A stretch of 64,000 bases of DNA, taken from the NCBI RefSeq assembly GCF_009914755.1, contig NC_060926.1, one strand, 5' to 3'. The DNA is from the human T2T-CHM13v2.0 reference genome, Homo sapiens. This document shows positions 24,359-38,942 of this stretch, in pieces (within the stretch, counting starts at the first letter, position 1; each line of letters opens with the position of its first letter). The position numbers and the translations under genes are program-made. The notes under the pieces were generated by a model that was not told where the DNA came from, ran no database searches, and saw only the letters and a program-made list of their open reading frames with translations.

Positions 24359-26186
24359 CCCAACTTAGATTTTTTTTATTTTTCATGGATCATGGCTTTG
24401 CTATATCTAAAAAGTTATTACCAAACTTAAAGTCATGTAGACTTTCTTCTCTGAGCTGCAAGTTTTTGGTAGATGGTATTTATCAAATTGAGGAAGTTTC
24501 CCTTTATTTCAAGTTTGCCAGAAGGTTTTATTATGCATGAATATTGGAGTTTGTCAAATGCTTTTTCTGCATCTATTCCTATGATCGTGTGATTTTCCTA
24601 TTTTAGTTTGTTGATATGGTGAATTTCATTGATTGGTTTTCAGATGTTGAACCTTGAATCTAGACTTGTATATCTATAATATCTCACTTTTGTAAGGCAT
24701 TATTCTCCATTATGTTGGATTTGCTAATTTTTTGATGAGAATATTTACATATGTGTTTATAAGAGATACTGGTTTGTAATTTATGTTTTCTTCTAATGAC
24801 TTTATCTGGTTTTAGTATTATGATAATTTTTCCTTCATGGTAAGAGTTAAAAATTTTTCTTTCTGCTTCTAATTTCTAGAATATCTTGCATATAATTCAT
24901 GTAATTTTGTCCTGAAATCTTTATTAGAATTCATCAGTGAAACCATATAGGCCTAATTTGTTCTGGTAGGTTATTAATTATTAATTCAACTTATATAGTA
25001 AATATAGGCTTATATATATTATCAGTTTATCCTTAGGTGAGTTTTGATATTTGTGTATTTTAAGGAATTAGGTCCATTTCATCTAAGTTATCAAATTTGC
25101 AGGCATAGAGTTGTTTATCATATATCTTTATTATCCTCTTAATGAACATGAAATCTGATGACCCTTACTTCACTTCTGATACTGTGACCTTGTGGTTCTT
25201 TTTTTTTCCTTTTTTTTCTTGTTTAGCCTTCCTAGAGGTTTATCAATCAGTGCTATTTTCAAAAAACAAGATACTTGTTTTATTTTTTCTATTGTTTTAA
25301 TGTTTACAAATGTATTGATTTCTCCTTTGTTATTATTTCTTTTATTCTTTGTGTTTTGGGCTTAATTTTCTTTTACCATATTCCACAAATTTTGCTATGT
25401 TGCACTTTCATTTGTCATCTAGTTCAAACTATTTTAAAATTTCTCTTGAGATTTCTTTGATCCATGTGTTATTTTAAAGAGTTTTCTAAAAGTTTCTGAA
25501 TATTCGAGGATTATTCAGGTATTTTTCATCATTAATTTCTAGTTTAATTCAACTGTAAGCTGCAAAATACTGTGTATGATCTCTATTATTTTAAATTTGC
25601 TTAGGTGTGTTTTATGGCCCAGAATATGGTCCATCTTGGTGAATGACCTAAGTGAACTTGAAAAGCTGTTGTTGAATGGAATATTCTATAAACGTAAGTT
25701 AGATAAAGTGCATTGATAGTGCTGTTCAGCTCAGCTATATCTTTACTAATTTTTCGGCTGCTTAATATATCAAGTACTGACAGAGATATGTTGAAGTCCC
25801 CTGTTATAATTTTGGATATGCCTATTTTTCTCTACAGGTCTACCAGCTTTTGCCTTATGTATGTTGATCTGTTGAAGTACCTACATTTTTAGGATTGTTG
25901 TGTCTTCTAGGAGAATAGTCCTTTATCATCATATGATAGTCTTATTTAATCTTTTATAATGTCTCTTTTTTTTGAATTTTGATTTATGTGAAACTATTCT
26001 AGATATTTTTAAATTAGTGATAGCATGGTATATGTTTATCCGTCTTCTTCCTTTCAACTTATCTAAGTATTTGTGATTAAAGAGAATTTGTTACTTGTAG
26101 AAAACATCTAGTTGATTATTACTTTTTAATAATCCATTTTGACAGTATTTGTCATTTAATTACTGTATTCAGATGGTTAATATTTA

Positions 26187-28218
26187 TTTTAATGTTTATT
26201 TTTTACAGTTCAGTGACTTTTTTTAATGTTTCAATAGCTTTAGGGGTACAATTAGTTTTTTGTCACATGGATGAATTGTATAGTGGCGAAGTCTGGGATT
26301 TTAGTGCACCCATCCATCTCCTGAGTAGTGCATATTGTACCCAGTTTCTCGTCTTTCACCCATTTCCTACCCTCCTCCTTTTTGAGTCTCCAATGTCCAC
26401 TATACCACCCTGTCTTGGTGTACCCACAGCTTAGCTCCCACTTACAAGTGAGAATGTGTGATTCTTCGTTTTCCATTCCTTAGTTACTTCACTAAGAATA
26501 ATAGCCTCCAGTTCTATCCAAGTTCCTGCAAATACATTATTGCATTCTCTATTATAGCTGAGTATTATTCCATGGTGTGTATGTGTGTGTGTGTGTATAT
26601 ATATTTCTCATGGGTTGATGAACACTTAGGTTGGTTCCTTATCTTTTCAACTGTGAATTGTGCTGTGATAAACATATACATGCAGATGTCTTTCTGATTT
26701 AATGATTTATTTTCCTTTGGATAGATATCCAGTAGTGGGATTGCTTGATTGAATGGTAAATCTTTTAGTTCTTTGAGAAATCTCCATATTTTTTTCCATA
26801 GAGGTTGTACTAATTTACATCCATGCCAACAGTTTATAAGCATTGTCATTTCACCACATCTGTGCCATCTTTTTATTTTTTTGACATTTTAACGATGGCC
26901 ATTCTAGCTGAGGTAAGTGGGGATGTCATTCTGGTTTTAATGTGCATATGCCTGATGATAATAATGTTGAGCATTTTTTCATGTTTTTTGGCCATTTGTA
27001 TATCTTCTTTCGAAAAAAGTCTATTCATGTCATTTGCCCACTTTTTAATGGGATCATATGTTTTTATCTTGCCTATTTGTTTGAGTTACTTGTAGATCCT
27101 AGATATTAGTTCATCAATGGATGCATAGTTGGCAAATATTTTCCTCAATCTGTAGGTTGTCAGTTTACTCTGATGGTTATTTCTTTTGCTGTGCAAAATC
27201 CTTTTGGTTTAATTAAGTCCCATTTGTTTTATTTTTAGTTTTGTTGCATTTGCTTTTGTGATCTTTGTCATAAATTCTTTGCCTAGGCCAATGTCCAGAA
27301 TAGATTTTCCTAGGTTTTCCTCTAGAAATTTTATAGTTTCAGATCTTATATTGAAGTCTTTAATCAATCTTGAGTTAATTTTTGTATATGGTGAGGCATA
27401 GGAATCCAGTATTATTCTTCAACATGTGGCTATCCAATTTTCCTAGCACCATGTATGAATAGGGAGTCGTTTCTCTAATTTTTATTAATTGCATGCTTTG
27501 TCAAAAATCAGTTGGTTGTAAGAATTTGGCGTTATTTCTGGGTTCTCTATTCTGTTTCATTGGTCTATGTATCTACTTTTATACCAATACATGCTATTTT
27601 AATGACTATAGCTTTATAGTATAACTTGAGGTTGGGTAATGTGTTGCCTCCAGAATCTTTTTGCTTAGGATTGGTTTGGTTATTCTAGACTTTTCTGGTT
27701 TTGTATGAATTTTTCAATAGTTATTTTCCAATTCTGTGAAAAATGTTGTTGGTTGTTTGATAGAAAATTCATTGAATCTGTAGATTGCTTTGGGCAGTAT
27801 GATCATTTTCATGATATTGTTCTTCCAGTCAATGAAAATGAAATGTATTTCTATTTGTTTGTGTCATCTCTGATTTCTTTCAGCAGTGTTTTGTAGTTCT
27901 CATTGTGATATATTTCACTTCCTTGGTTAAGTGTATTCCTAAGTATTTTTTTTTTTGTAGCTCTTGGAAAGGAGATTAAGTTCTTTATTTCATTCTCAGC
28001 TTGAATTGTTGTTGTATAGCAGTGCTGTTAACTTGTGTACATTGATTTTGTAACCTGTGAGTTTACTGAATTTATTTATCAAATCTAGGGGTCTTTTGGA
28101 GGAGTGTTTAGCATTTTCTAGGTATGAGAACATATCATCAGCAAACAGAGATAGCTTGACTTCCTCTTTTCCAATTTGGATGCCTTTTATTTCCTTCTCT
28201 TGCCTAATTGCTCTGACT
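26187..28218 (-). mobile_element. L1PB (PB2-like), 5'-truncated, about 2.0 kb
   Basis: 3' UTR TAGCTTTAGGGGTACAA...ATGGATGAATTGTATAGTGG. ORF2 peptide CKLVQPLWKKIWRFLKELK. 16-bp TSD AGATG(G/A)TTAATATTTA at 26171-26186 and 28219-28234. Confidence 0.9.
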
Positions 28219-28977
28219 AGATGATTAATATTTAAATTATTAGTATATTTATATTAATATCTACCATGTTTTAATAAATGTTCTACTTGTTGTATTTGTT
28301 CATTGGCCTTACCTTCCTCTTCCATTGAGTTCCTTCTTTGATTTTGAGCGTAATATGTTTCATTGTATCTCCTTTGTTAACATTAAAAGTATATTTCTTA
28401 TAAAAAGAATTAGTGGTTACCTTAGCATTTCTAACATATACTTATAACTAATTTAAGGCCATCCTGCAAATACCACTATACTGTCTCAGGTGTACCACAG
28501 GTATCTTACATGATTTCCTGAATCTTTCGTCCCATCTCCTCTGTCATTGCTATAATTCATTTCACTTTTGTAATAGTAATTTTGTTGTTATTATTATTAC
28601 TTTAAACAGCTAACTTTTAGAATGATCAAGAATAAGAAAATCAAAATTTTTATTTTACATTTATTTATTCTCCAGCACTCTTGCTTTATGGATATCAGAG
28701 TTTCTAATTTATATTATTTTTCCTCTCTTTGAAGAAAACTTCTTTTAAGATTTCTCGTAGAGAAAGACTTCAATGATAAATTCCCCCTAGTTTTTGTTTG
28801 TCTGAGTTAAGTCTTTATTTCTCCATCACTTTTGAGTCATAATTAATTTAACTAGACATATATTCTAGGTTGGTGGATTTCTTTTTTCAACACTTTAAGT
28901 ATTTTATTTCACTCTCTTCTTGCTTGCATGATTTGTGACAAGAAGCCTACTGTAACTTCTATCCTTATTCTTAGATG

Positions 28978-29252
28978 TGTATTAGTTTCCTAGGACTGCC
29001 ATAGCAAATTACTATAATCTGAGTGACTTCATATGATGTACTTTCCTCTTTGTGCCTATGCCCAAATTTCCCTCTTTACAAGGACATCAGTCATTTGACT
29101 AGGTCTCACCCTAATCCATTATGACCTCATCTTAACCTGATTGATTATCTCTGCAAAGATCCTAGTTCCAAATAAGGTCACATTAATGGGTACCAGGAGT
29201 TAAGGCTTGAATATACTTTTTCGTTGGAGACACATTTAACTAACTCACAACA
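28978..29252 (-). mobile_element. MLT1 (B/C-like) LTR with internal deletion
   Basis: TGTATTAGTTTCCTAGGACTGCCATAGCAAATTAC...CTGCAAAGATCCTAGTTCCAAATAAGGTCACAT...CACAACA. Confidence 0.85.
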
Positions 29253-30449
29253 GTAGGTAAGAAAGATTTTTTTTTTTTTTTCTTCTCTGGCATTATATGA
29301 GATGTTCTCATTGTTTTTGGTTTTGGCTGTTTAAATAATATGATACATATGATATGGCTAGTTATTTTTTTTTAAAAAACACTTGCTTGGTGTTTTCTGA
29401 ACTTCTTACATCTTTTTTTGTATATGATTGATTTTGGAAAGCCCTTGGCCATTATTACTTCAAATATTTCTTGTGCTTTGTTATCTCTTTCCCTAGTATT
29501 TTAATCATGTGTATGTTATGCACTTTGAAATTTTCCCCAAATTATTTGATGTTCTAGTCTCTCTCTGTTTTTCTCTTTTCACTTGAATTTGGAAAGTTTT
29601 ATTGGCCTAGTCCACTCTCAGTCCCCAGAAATTCAATTAAACTACCACTTAAATATTTATACCGCTTTATGATTAAAGTGATTTCTGCTCTAGGCAAGAA
29701 AATCTCGGCTCTGATTCTTTCAATTAACCTCTCTTGTCAGATATCATGGTGGTCAATTTGTTCTAAAACCTTATTTCTTTGATGGGTTTCAGAAAGGTCG
29801 TGGATTCTCACTTTTGTAAGTTACTTTTTTCTTGTTTTAAGGATGAAAGCAATAACTTCCAAGCTCTTCACATACTGGAGTTGCAACTGGGAGTCTCTGT
29901 TGTTGTTTCTAAAAGTTTATTACTTCACTCCTTCTGTTTGAGTACTCATTATTTTAACAAAATAAAACTATCATCTTCCTCATACAACATTCAATATTAG
30001 TGGAAACACCTACTTTACATATTCATTAATCTTGTTTTTCCTCCTGTTTCCTGCATTTCCAACTATATTTGTAACTCTGTATATATTCATTCATTTACAT
30101 CAAACTCTTCAGGTTATTCAACTTTACAAATTCAAAGTGAGCAATAGAAATTTACAAGTGTATTTGTTCTAACCATTCCTGAACTTTCTGCTAACATAAA
30201 GGAAAGATTTCCTCATTCATTTCTCTTCCCATACGAAAGTATTATATACAACCCAAACCAACAACAAATAGCATCATAAACAAACTGTCAAACCAATTAA
30301 ATTAGAAACATGACAAGAATACTTACTAGCATAATTAACTAATATTTTGAGGTTCTAACATAATATGTAAATATAATAAAATTATTATAAAAGCATTAAA
30401 TTGCTACATTATAAAAATAAAAGTAAACAGTTACCTCTCAACAGAAATT

Positions 30450-31600
30450 GTTATTATATAATTATGCAATTCTATAAAAGTTAGCAGACGATAGAAAAAT
30501 TAATGTCTGGTAGAAACAAGATATTCAAAAACTAGAAACATGGTTTCCTTCTCTGTCTCTATGTCTTTCTTTCTCTCTCTTTCTACCTCTACTAAAAAAA
30601 CCAGTTAGTCATAAAGATGGAAAGCTTTTTTTTTTGGTTACAATAACAATAAAAGCACTAAGTATAAAAGATAAACAAGAAAATCCAAAAGACATAAATG
30701 TTAAAATATATACAACCTTATTACAGTAAATAATAACTTAGAGTAATATAATATATTCCTACAAAGGTAGGTTCAAAAGTCATCATAATATTATTAATCT
30801 CTAAATTAATACATAAATTAATGCATTTCCAGTTAAAATCCAAATATATATGTTTAACAATGTAATATAATTTGAAAATGTGTATGTGAAAAGAATGTAA
30901 ATTAAAAAAGATAAAATTTAAGAATAATGGACACCTGGTCTTGGAAGATATTAAAAACTTAAAATAGGACTGATATAATCAAAAGCTTGGCTCAGAAACT
31001 AGCAAATGCCAGGAGAACAAAATAGACAATCCACAATTTTTCTATGAGAACTCGTATGGCATTTCAACTTGTAAAATACTGTTTTATTTAGAGATTTTGG
31101 AACCATTGGTTGGCTGCTTATCTCATAGAATAGAAAGTTGGAACCCTAAAATTAATAATAAAAAATTAGAATATAACTTCTTTAGTAAACTGGAAAACCC
31201 AAAGTCTATGAAGTAAATGATAGACAGACATATTGTATTATCAAACTGCAAAGTGTGTATGACAGATGCTGCAAAAAATAAACAGAAAATTGAGAGACAG
31301 ATGAAATATTTACAACTTATGTGAAACCTTATACATCAATAAAAATTTACTGATTTGGTAACAATGTATCACAATAAAATGGGCAAATTATATAAAAAGA
31401 CATGGGGAAAAAAGATATATAAATGAGAAGATCTTCAATTTATATTTTAGTTAGGGAAATGCCAGTTAAATCTGTAATTTAATTATTTGTAAAGCCATTG
31501 GATTGTCAGTTGCATCACTGCTGAGTCTTAGCAGGATATGAAATAATACATTGTATGAATTTCTGTTAGGAAGAAATATTGATATTTCCTGGAAAGTGCT
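30450..31600 (+). mobile_element. Very old L1M ORF2 remnants
   Basis: A-rich degenerate sequence with L1-like motifs (TAAATTAATGCATTTCCAGTTAAAATCCCAA, AAAATGGGCAAA). Confidence 0.45.
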
Positions 31601-31697
31601 GAAGAAAAAAATACTTTTATAATTTTGATGATGACACAACAGAAGAAAAAACAGTGCTAATTTCTAAACTGCTAATTTCTGAATCAGTTTATCTTGT

Positions 31698-31811
31698 CAC
31701 CTATTTGATTTTCTTGGTCTCAGACCAGGCACCTATTTGATTTTCTTGGTCTCAGACCAGGGCATCTTACCCTGTCATCTCTTTGATTTTCTTGGCCTCT
31801 ATCAGACTAGG
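31698..31811 (+). repeat. Perfect 32-bp tandem duplication plus a diverged third copy
   Basis: CACCTATTTGATTTTCTTGGTCTCAGACCAGG at 31698-31729 and 31730-31761, with a diverged copy at about 31774-31811. Confidence 0.95.
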
Positions 31812-31829
31812 ATATCCCTAATCTACAAT

Positions 31830-32028
31830 TTTTGTTTGTTTGTTTGTTTGTTTGTTTTTGAGACAGAGTCTCACTCTGTTGCCCAGGCTGGAGTGCAATG
31901 GCATGATCTCGGCTGACTGCAACCTCTGCCTCAGCCTCAGCCTCAGCCTCCTGAGTAGCTGGGATTACAGTCACCTGTCTTGGTGCCTGGCTAATTTTTG
32001 TATTTTTAGTAGAGACGGGGTTTCACCA
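31830..32028 (-). mobile_element. 5'-truncated AluS with (TTTG)n tail and an internal deletion
   Basis: GAGACAGAGTCTCACTCTGTTGCCCAGGCTGG...GTTTCACCA, with a degenerate TSD CCTAATCTACAAT / CCTAATTCTATAAT. Confidence 0.9.
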
Positions 32029-32834
32029 CCTAATTCTATAATCTTTAGTGGAAAGATGGTTAAAATAAGAGTCTCCATTTGAAGAATCTTAAATTACAGT
32101 CAATAAGAGTAAAAATATGGAAAACCATTTCTACAAAATATAATATACCATATGGGTCTTGAATGTTTGCATCATTACATACTGAGAATTCATTATATAA
32201 TACTCTGTCTGTTGAGGAATAACAATGTTGTTTGTTTAATCCGGAATTGCATGTTTGGAAATTGTTCTCAGTTATAATGGTAACGTTTGAAAGGGTGACA
32301 GATTTAGCTCTAGCAGTGCTGCAAAGCCCCTTTCTTAGTATAAACCATCAAAAAACAGTAACAAACACTACCATTTTGCTGCTTATATACCTTGTCTTAA
32401 AGAAGGAAAGGGTAGAAATAAAAAGATTTCAGAATTTATGCCAAACATATGTTAGACAAAGTACTATACCAGGAAGTAATATAAAAAAAATAAATTGCAG
32501 GCTTCCTCAAATAAGAAGAGTATCAAAACTCTCCTAAATTCTGGTATATTTTAAAGTTATTTATTTGTTTACTGAAATATATTTGTACTTACACTTTATT
32601 ATGCTTGTTTTGGAAAGGTAAATTTGCTCCAATGTATTGATGCATTAGGGATCAATTCGAGCATAATAAATATTTCACATTTGTTTAAGCATGATTCATT
32701 TCTTGAAGTAAAATTAGGAGAAAGCAGAAAATTGCACTCAGCTAAATCAGCCTGTATAACAATCAACAAAATACACAGTAGCACACACTTCAAACATATA
32801 CCAGTTCTCTTAATCCAATGCATTCACAATCCTA

Positions 32835-33227
<393 letters not shown>

Positions 33228-33234
33228 TCAAAAC

Positions 33235-33921
33235 ATGTGCAAGAGTCCTGGTTCAAAAATACCATGAAGTTGGTGCAAAGAGAAGTTTAAAGTGTTGAAG
33301 TGAAGCTTGAAATAATAAAATTTTTTAAAAAAGATAGAAAAACCAAAACCTGAGAGAACATGTGATGTCTCCAAGCAGTGGACATAAAGTAACACATATG
33401 GCAGACTATGAAAGACAAAACAATGAAAAGCAAAGAAACGTCAATAGCTATAACAATACCAAGTGCTGCAAAGTCAATAAGAAGAAAGCCTAAAGAAATG
33501 GAAAGATTATCAACCATATGGCTTGAAACTCAAACAACCAAAGAATCAGAAACAAGCTCTTTACAACCAAAGAGAAAGCACTAATTATATATGAGGATTT
33601 TAAATGGTAAGCACCAAATTCTCCTAGAATGCCTCTTTTTAGTGCTATTAGGGTCTAAGAGTAGTAGTTTCAAATACGAGTTCAATTTCCAAACCCTTCA
33701 GCTACTGAGCAAAACTGTGAGAACAGATGAGAAAGTTGCACAAGAATTACCAGTGATGATGCAGAAATTGATTACAGGAAGACTATATATTGGAATTTTT
33801 GTTTTTCAGTTTCAATGGACAAGTATCATATATAAGCATATACCTCCAAAACTATATCTCAAAAGCAGAAAAATATATCCTAGGATTTAAGGCTTTGAAA
33901 GATTGCTTAACTGTCATATTT
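33235..33921 (+). pseudogene. Decayed pogo/Tigger-family transposase N-terminal half (two HTH domains and the start of the DDE domain)
   Basis: Manual translation across frameshifts gives SVEVKLEIIKFFKK (33291), EMERLSTIWLETQ (33495), KEKALIIYEDF (33569), FKYEFNFQTLQLLSKTVRTDEKVAQELPVMMQKLI, YKHIPPK and YISKAEKYILGFKALKDCLTVIF (33853). These are colinear with Tigger1 peptides elsewhere in this window. Confidence 0.85.
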
Positions 33922-35399
33922 GACCAGAGGACCATGAGTTTACCCATCCACATCTGGTGTTAAAACTTTCCATCATATTTTGGATAGCCCTTCTTCCATT
34001 GCCTCACAATAATTCACTACCATTCTGAGAACTACTTCCACAAGCAAGTATCAGGTCTTTTCAAGATCAAGTGCCATATTTTTGAACTGTTGATGTGTTT
34101 CTTAACCATTTAGCACATGTAAAACTATGTTACTCCTTTGAATGTAGTTCCTATCAATATTATTTAATATGTCATTGATGACATTTTGAGTGTTTTGTTC
34201 CTAATCTATTTTATTCATGAGTTCCATACTTTTTATTGCACATATTTGCATAATGCAGTGATATTTAGGAGCACATATGCTGTGTTATAATTAAACGTTC
34301 TGTACAATTGAATCTCAGTTCCTCTCTGAATATTCTTTTTCTCCTCTCTCATGCTCACATTTTGTATTCTCTTCTCATCAGCAATGACCCTCTATTTGTT
34401 GACATTCTAAATTCCAAAGCTGCAACTGACTCAAATCTCTTAGCTAATAAGTAAATATAGTCACTCTGGCAAACAACATATGGCTAAAACAGGTAGTTCT
34501 TCATATTTATGTATTCAAGTTTATGTATTCAAGTATATTCACTTTAAGTTCATCAAGAAAACATTTTGTTAATTGGTTGTAGCAATAAGAAATTGTAGTG
34601 AATTGTTATTCTGGGCCTTATATTAAAATGGAATATCAAAAAAGTATTGAATTGTAGCATATACTATTCTAAGACCAAAAAAAAAATTGGTATGGTCTTT
34701 ATATAGTTTATAAATGTAATACAATAGGATATTTATGAAAACAATATTGAATGGAACATGTTTCAAAACTGATATTTCTATTGTAAAATGCTCACCACAA
34801 ATATAAGAATTTTAAGTGGCACTTTTTTGGTGTATTGTTGCCAAATACTTCCGGATATTTTATTGAAGGTGTATTATGTTGGTTTGCATTATTATTAAAG
34901 GGAAACTTCACTATGTTGTTTGCATAAGGAGTAAAAAAACTACACAATGATGAATATTATTAAGTAACATGTCAAGTACATGGCATAGGAAAAGGCGTTG
35001 GCTTAAAAATTAGACACTTTTTCTGTCAACACTGAGAAAGTTTTAACATTGGATTGGAGGATTTGGACTCACTATAAGACTAAAACTTCTTAAAAATCAG
35101 TAATTCATAAAAAATAATAAATATGTTTTAAATATATAAGAGGGCATTCCAATCAACTTGTGTACACATTTTCTAAACATGATGGATAAACTGGTTTTAT
35201 GGTCTGTGGAACACAGCACAAAATGAGCGAGCAATGCAAATAAGAGTCTTATCTAAGTCCCTCCTCTGTACCCAGGGAGACAGAAAATTTAATTAAATGG
35301 CTTGAATAAAATAAAATATAGCAGTCGCAATATATTATAAACAAGTCAGCTAGGAAAATGAGAATAAAAGTAAGAAAAAAAGTCAGAATGAGGGCTTTT

Positions 35400-35913
35400 T
35401 GATTATAACAATAAAACAGCAATAGAACTAACATAACTAACTCCATTTTTGTTTAAATAACCTTTTCCCATTCTTACACATAGGCCAGGATAATTTTAGA
35501 ACACTAAAATAATATATAAAAGCAGCAGTCATGTAGTTTAAAAAACTAATTCTGAAATTAAAGGAAAAGTATGTAAACAAGTATGTTTTGTTAAAGACTT
35601 AGAGGAGCACTGTGACCTGACAAAGGACAAGGAAGGAAGTTTCCAACCTTCTTGGACACTCGCTGGTGCCCAGATGTCTGTGGTTGTTAGTTACCTCTTG
35701 ATCTCAATCTCTTTCTCTTCCCTGGCCTTAACATAAAAAGGGTCTAAATTTTGTACTGACTTAAGGTGATATTCTAGGACAATAGTCCACTATCTAGTCC
35801 ACTATCTTCTTGGTTTGCTGATTCTCCAAATATACCCGTTTTCCTCCCTACCAACCCTTGTGTCTCAAGTCTGGCTTTTGAGCAGTGAGCTGCCAAACCT
35901 GGGTTTGGTTACA
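35400..35913 (+). mobile_element. ERV1 (MER4-group) solo LTR
   Basis: CTAACTCCATTTTTGTT near the start, CTCGCTGGTGCCCAGATGTCTG, CATAAAAA TATA-like box, and ...GAGCAGTGAGCTGCCAAACCTGGGTTTGGTTACA at the end. Exact family not resolved. Confidence 0.7.
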
Positions 35914-36009
35914 TAATGATATATATGACAAGTCAAGAAATCCCTACGGTTATAAGTGAATAGATGCTGGGTAAGTGATAGGCAGTTTCAATTATCCCTG
36001 TCTCCTATT

Positions 36010-36145
36010 ATTTACATGATTCTACAATCACCTCCTTTTGAGTGTGGACTGGACATAGTCACCTGCTTTGAAGAAATAGAATACAGAAAAAATGATTTTT
36101 CTATGATTAAGTTACAATAAAATTGTTACTTCCAATTTGCTAGTA
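36010..36145 (+). mobile_element. MLT1 LTR fragment
   Basis: CCTCCTTTTGAGTGTGGACTGGACATAGTCACCTGCTT...AATAGAAT motif. Confidence 0.45.
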
Positions 36146-36699
36146 TTCTAGATATATGGCTTTTAAAGTACCTTGCAGTTTAGCCAGAAAAATAGTTATT
36201 TGGTTTATTTTAACTGTTGAGAACTCTATTTAAAATTAAATAGGGCTTATTTCATGGACTGTCTGAAGTGTGTGTATGTATGTGTGTTTCATAAATGCTA
36301 TAATAGTTTTGAAAATGTTAGGCATATTTTATTTTACTTCAGAAATCTTGAAAGCTTGAAGAGAAATTCATATATATTTTTGAGTGGGACTTTCTATTCT
36401 TTTCTGTTATTGTGTATGGAAAACATGCATATAAACTCATTCTGTGATTAGTTTAGTTTAAATCACCATGCTCTGTTTTTAGATACTGAAAGTATGTTTC
36501 CATGGCAGTTGACTGTGGTTAGCAGAAACAGAGAAGTCAGCTATCTATAAACTCCCATGATGAGATGCCAGAAAAAGTCAAACTCTGGGAATACAGGGTA
36601 GTACAATTTATTGATTGACATAAACTTCTACAGTAATTCATCTGTTTTCCTGCCTGAATTTTTTCAAGCTGCAGCACAGTGATTATTTAATTGAGTTAA

Positions 36700-36820
36700 T
36701 TAATTTATTTTAGAGACATGGTCTGACTCTTGCTCAGGCTGTTCTCAAACTCCTGGGCTCAACAAATCCTCCAGCCTTTCAAGTAGCTGAAACTACAGAT
36801 GTGCGCCACCACATCCAGCT
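36700..36820 (-). mobile_element. FLAM-type Alu monomer
   Basis: AGAGACATGGTCT...CAGGCTGTTCTCAAACTCCTGGGCTCAA...GCGCCACCACATCCAGCT. Confidence 0.8.
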
Positions 36821-38604
36821 TATTTCTGGTCGGGCAATGCTGGAAAGATCCATGAATCTTACATTACTAATCTACCTGTTTGTTGTTCCAGTATGTTAAA
36901 TCTATATTTCAATAACTGTTGACTTTTGCCAGCCTTATGTCTACTCTACCATCAGTAGCAAGACAATTGTGTAGATCAGGGTTGTCCATAGTAGTTAAAA
37001 GGTAAGAATCGCTTGGCATATGTATTAATATAGTAATTCTAAGGTCTGTCTGCCAGAAATTCTGATTCTAAAAATTGGTATGGATACCCAGAATCTGTAC
37101 AGTAGATGACATTTTAAGTTAGAAATATTTAAGCAACACTTATAAAAATGATCAGGAAGAAGAAAAGAATAACAGAAGATACCATTTAAAAAATGCATAC
37201 ATCTTTTGGCCAAATTCCAGAAATTTAGACTAAAATGTTTTGAATAAAAAAGTGTTAAAATAATTTTATTAAATTTTATGCTTCTTGAACTTCAAATTGA
37301 AAGCAGAAGAATATTTTGGAAACATTATTTTATTATTTTCATGATCTCTAAATGGAAATCTGAAACAAATTGATTGGAAAGGTTGAAATCATTGATTTTT
37401 CAATAAGCTGCATAAGCAAAAATAAAAATAATAAAACAAAGAGTAATCCCAATTACAGACCAAAACATCATTTTTCTTTTGGGTAGAGCCTGAGATAGGG
37501 CATGTTAACCAAAGGGCATGGAATTGGGAACTAAATGTGGGCAGCCACCCCATGAAGAGCCACCTCTGCAGGCATAACTCAACTTGTGCCTCCTCCAGGA
37601 GAAATTAGGTGGATTTTGATATATTTTTAGAGCTGTTCTTCTCTAATGCAGCTATCAGGTCAATCACTGCATCCCCTTAGAGACAGACTGAGGAAAAGTT
37701 CAGGAAGGCCATGAATGTGTTAAGGGGCAATCCCTCCTGGGAAATAACAGAAATGGGGAGAAAATAAAGTGTTTCTTTAACATGGAAGTTAGTCAGTAAC
37801 CTTGTTTGCTTACCAAAGAATTAGCTGTTTGTTTTAGGTGTCATTTCTCAGGATTTCTTCAGCTCCTACACTTCTCTAATTCTGAAACACTAATTCTGAA
37901 AATTGAGCCAGTCATAACAATTTAATTACACACACAAAGGGAGCATAACCTCAAGTTAACATAAAATTATATGATTGGACTAACATGCAGTTGTTACCGC
38001 AATTATCCAGTCTGACACTGTGCATTATTGCATTTCACATTGTATTAATATGTATAAAAGACAGAGGGTCAATAAATATTTAGCAGATGAATCAGAGTTG
38101 GCATCTCAAGAATATAAGGGTGATTTAGAAATTATCTTAAATAATCTAGAAGAAGCGCTGTGTGGGTTCTGTAGAGAAAACAAAGGAGAGGAAATTGTTT
38201 ACCATCCACTCCTCACTTGGCGTATTCAGGGAATATCTAGTAGCTTTTTGATGAGGCATAGAGACAGAAGAGCATGGGGAGCTGCTTAAGAGGAGTCCTA
38301 AAAATGTGTCCAGGACAGCTTGCTGGAGTATTTATGACAAACTTAAGAATGTTCTCCTCATTTTGTGGGCCAGTAGTGTTCAAAATCTTTTTCATGACAC
38401 TTATTTGTAAAAGTTTAAGAATTTAACCCCAATTATTTACATTTATATCTCTATCTTTAAAAATATAGATAACAAGTTATAAACATGTGTGTATATATAT
38501 AATACTGTATATGTAATACTGTCAAATTGTCTAATGCTGCTAATAAACATATTTTTCATCTTTAAACATTAACAGGCAAAAAGATTTTTGATTAAATATA
38601 CAAA

Positions 38605-38942
38605 CAGATGCCCCTTGACTTATGATGGGGTCCTGGTCCCAATAAACCCATTGTTAGTTGAAAATATTGTAAGTCAAAAATGCATCCAATACAACTAACC
38701 TGCTGAAAGTTGTAGTTTAGCCTAGCCTACCTTAAACATGCTCAGAGCAGTTAGAGAGCCTGCAGTTGGGCTCAATCATCTAACACATCTAGCCTATCTT
38801 ATATTATAATAAAGTGTCAAAAATCCTATCTAATTTATTGAATACTATACTGAGGCATAGTTTCTACTGAATGTCTATCACTTTTGTACCAGTTTAAAGT
38901 AAAAAAATCGAAGTTAAACCAACATAAGTTATGGACCATCTG
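38605..38942 (+). mobile_element. MER47A (TcMar-Tigger MITE)
   Basis: CAGATGCCCCTTGACTTATGATGGGG...TTAGCCTAGCCTACCTTAAACATGCTCAGA...CATAAGTTATGGACCATCTG+TA. Confidence 0.9.

Noticed and set aside
31698-31761. CRISPR-like 32-bp direct repeats
   Set aside because: The copies abut with no spacer, there are no cas genes, and the DNA is human.
34507-35806. Small perfect tandem duplications (14 bp at 34507-34534, 12 bp at 35783-35806)
   Set aside because: Ordinary slippage events.
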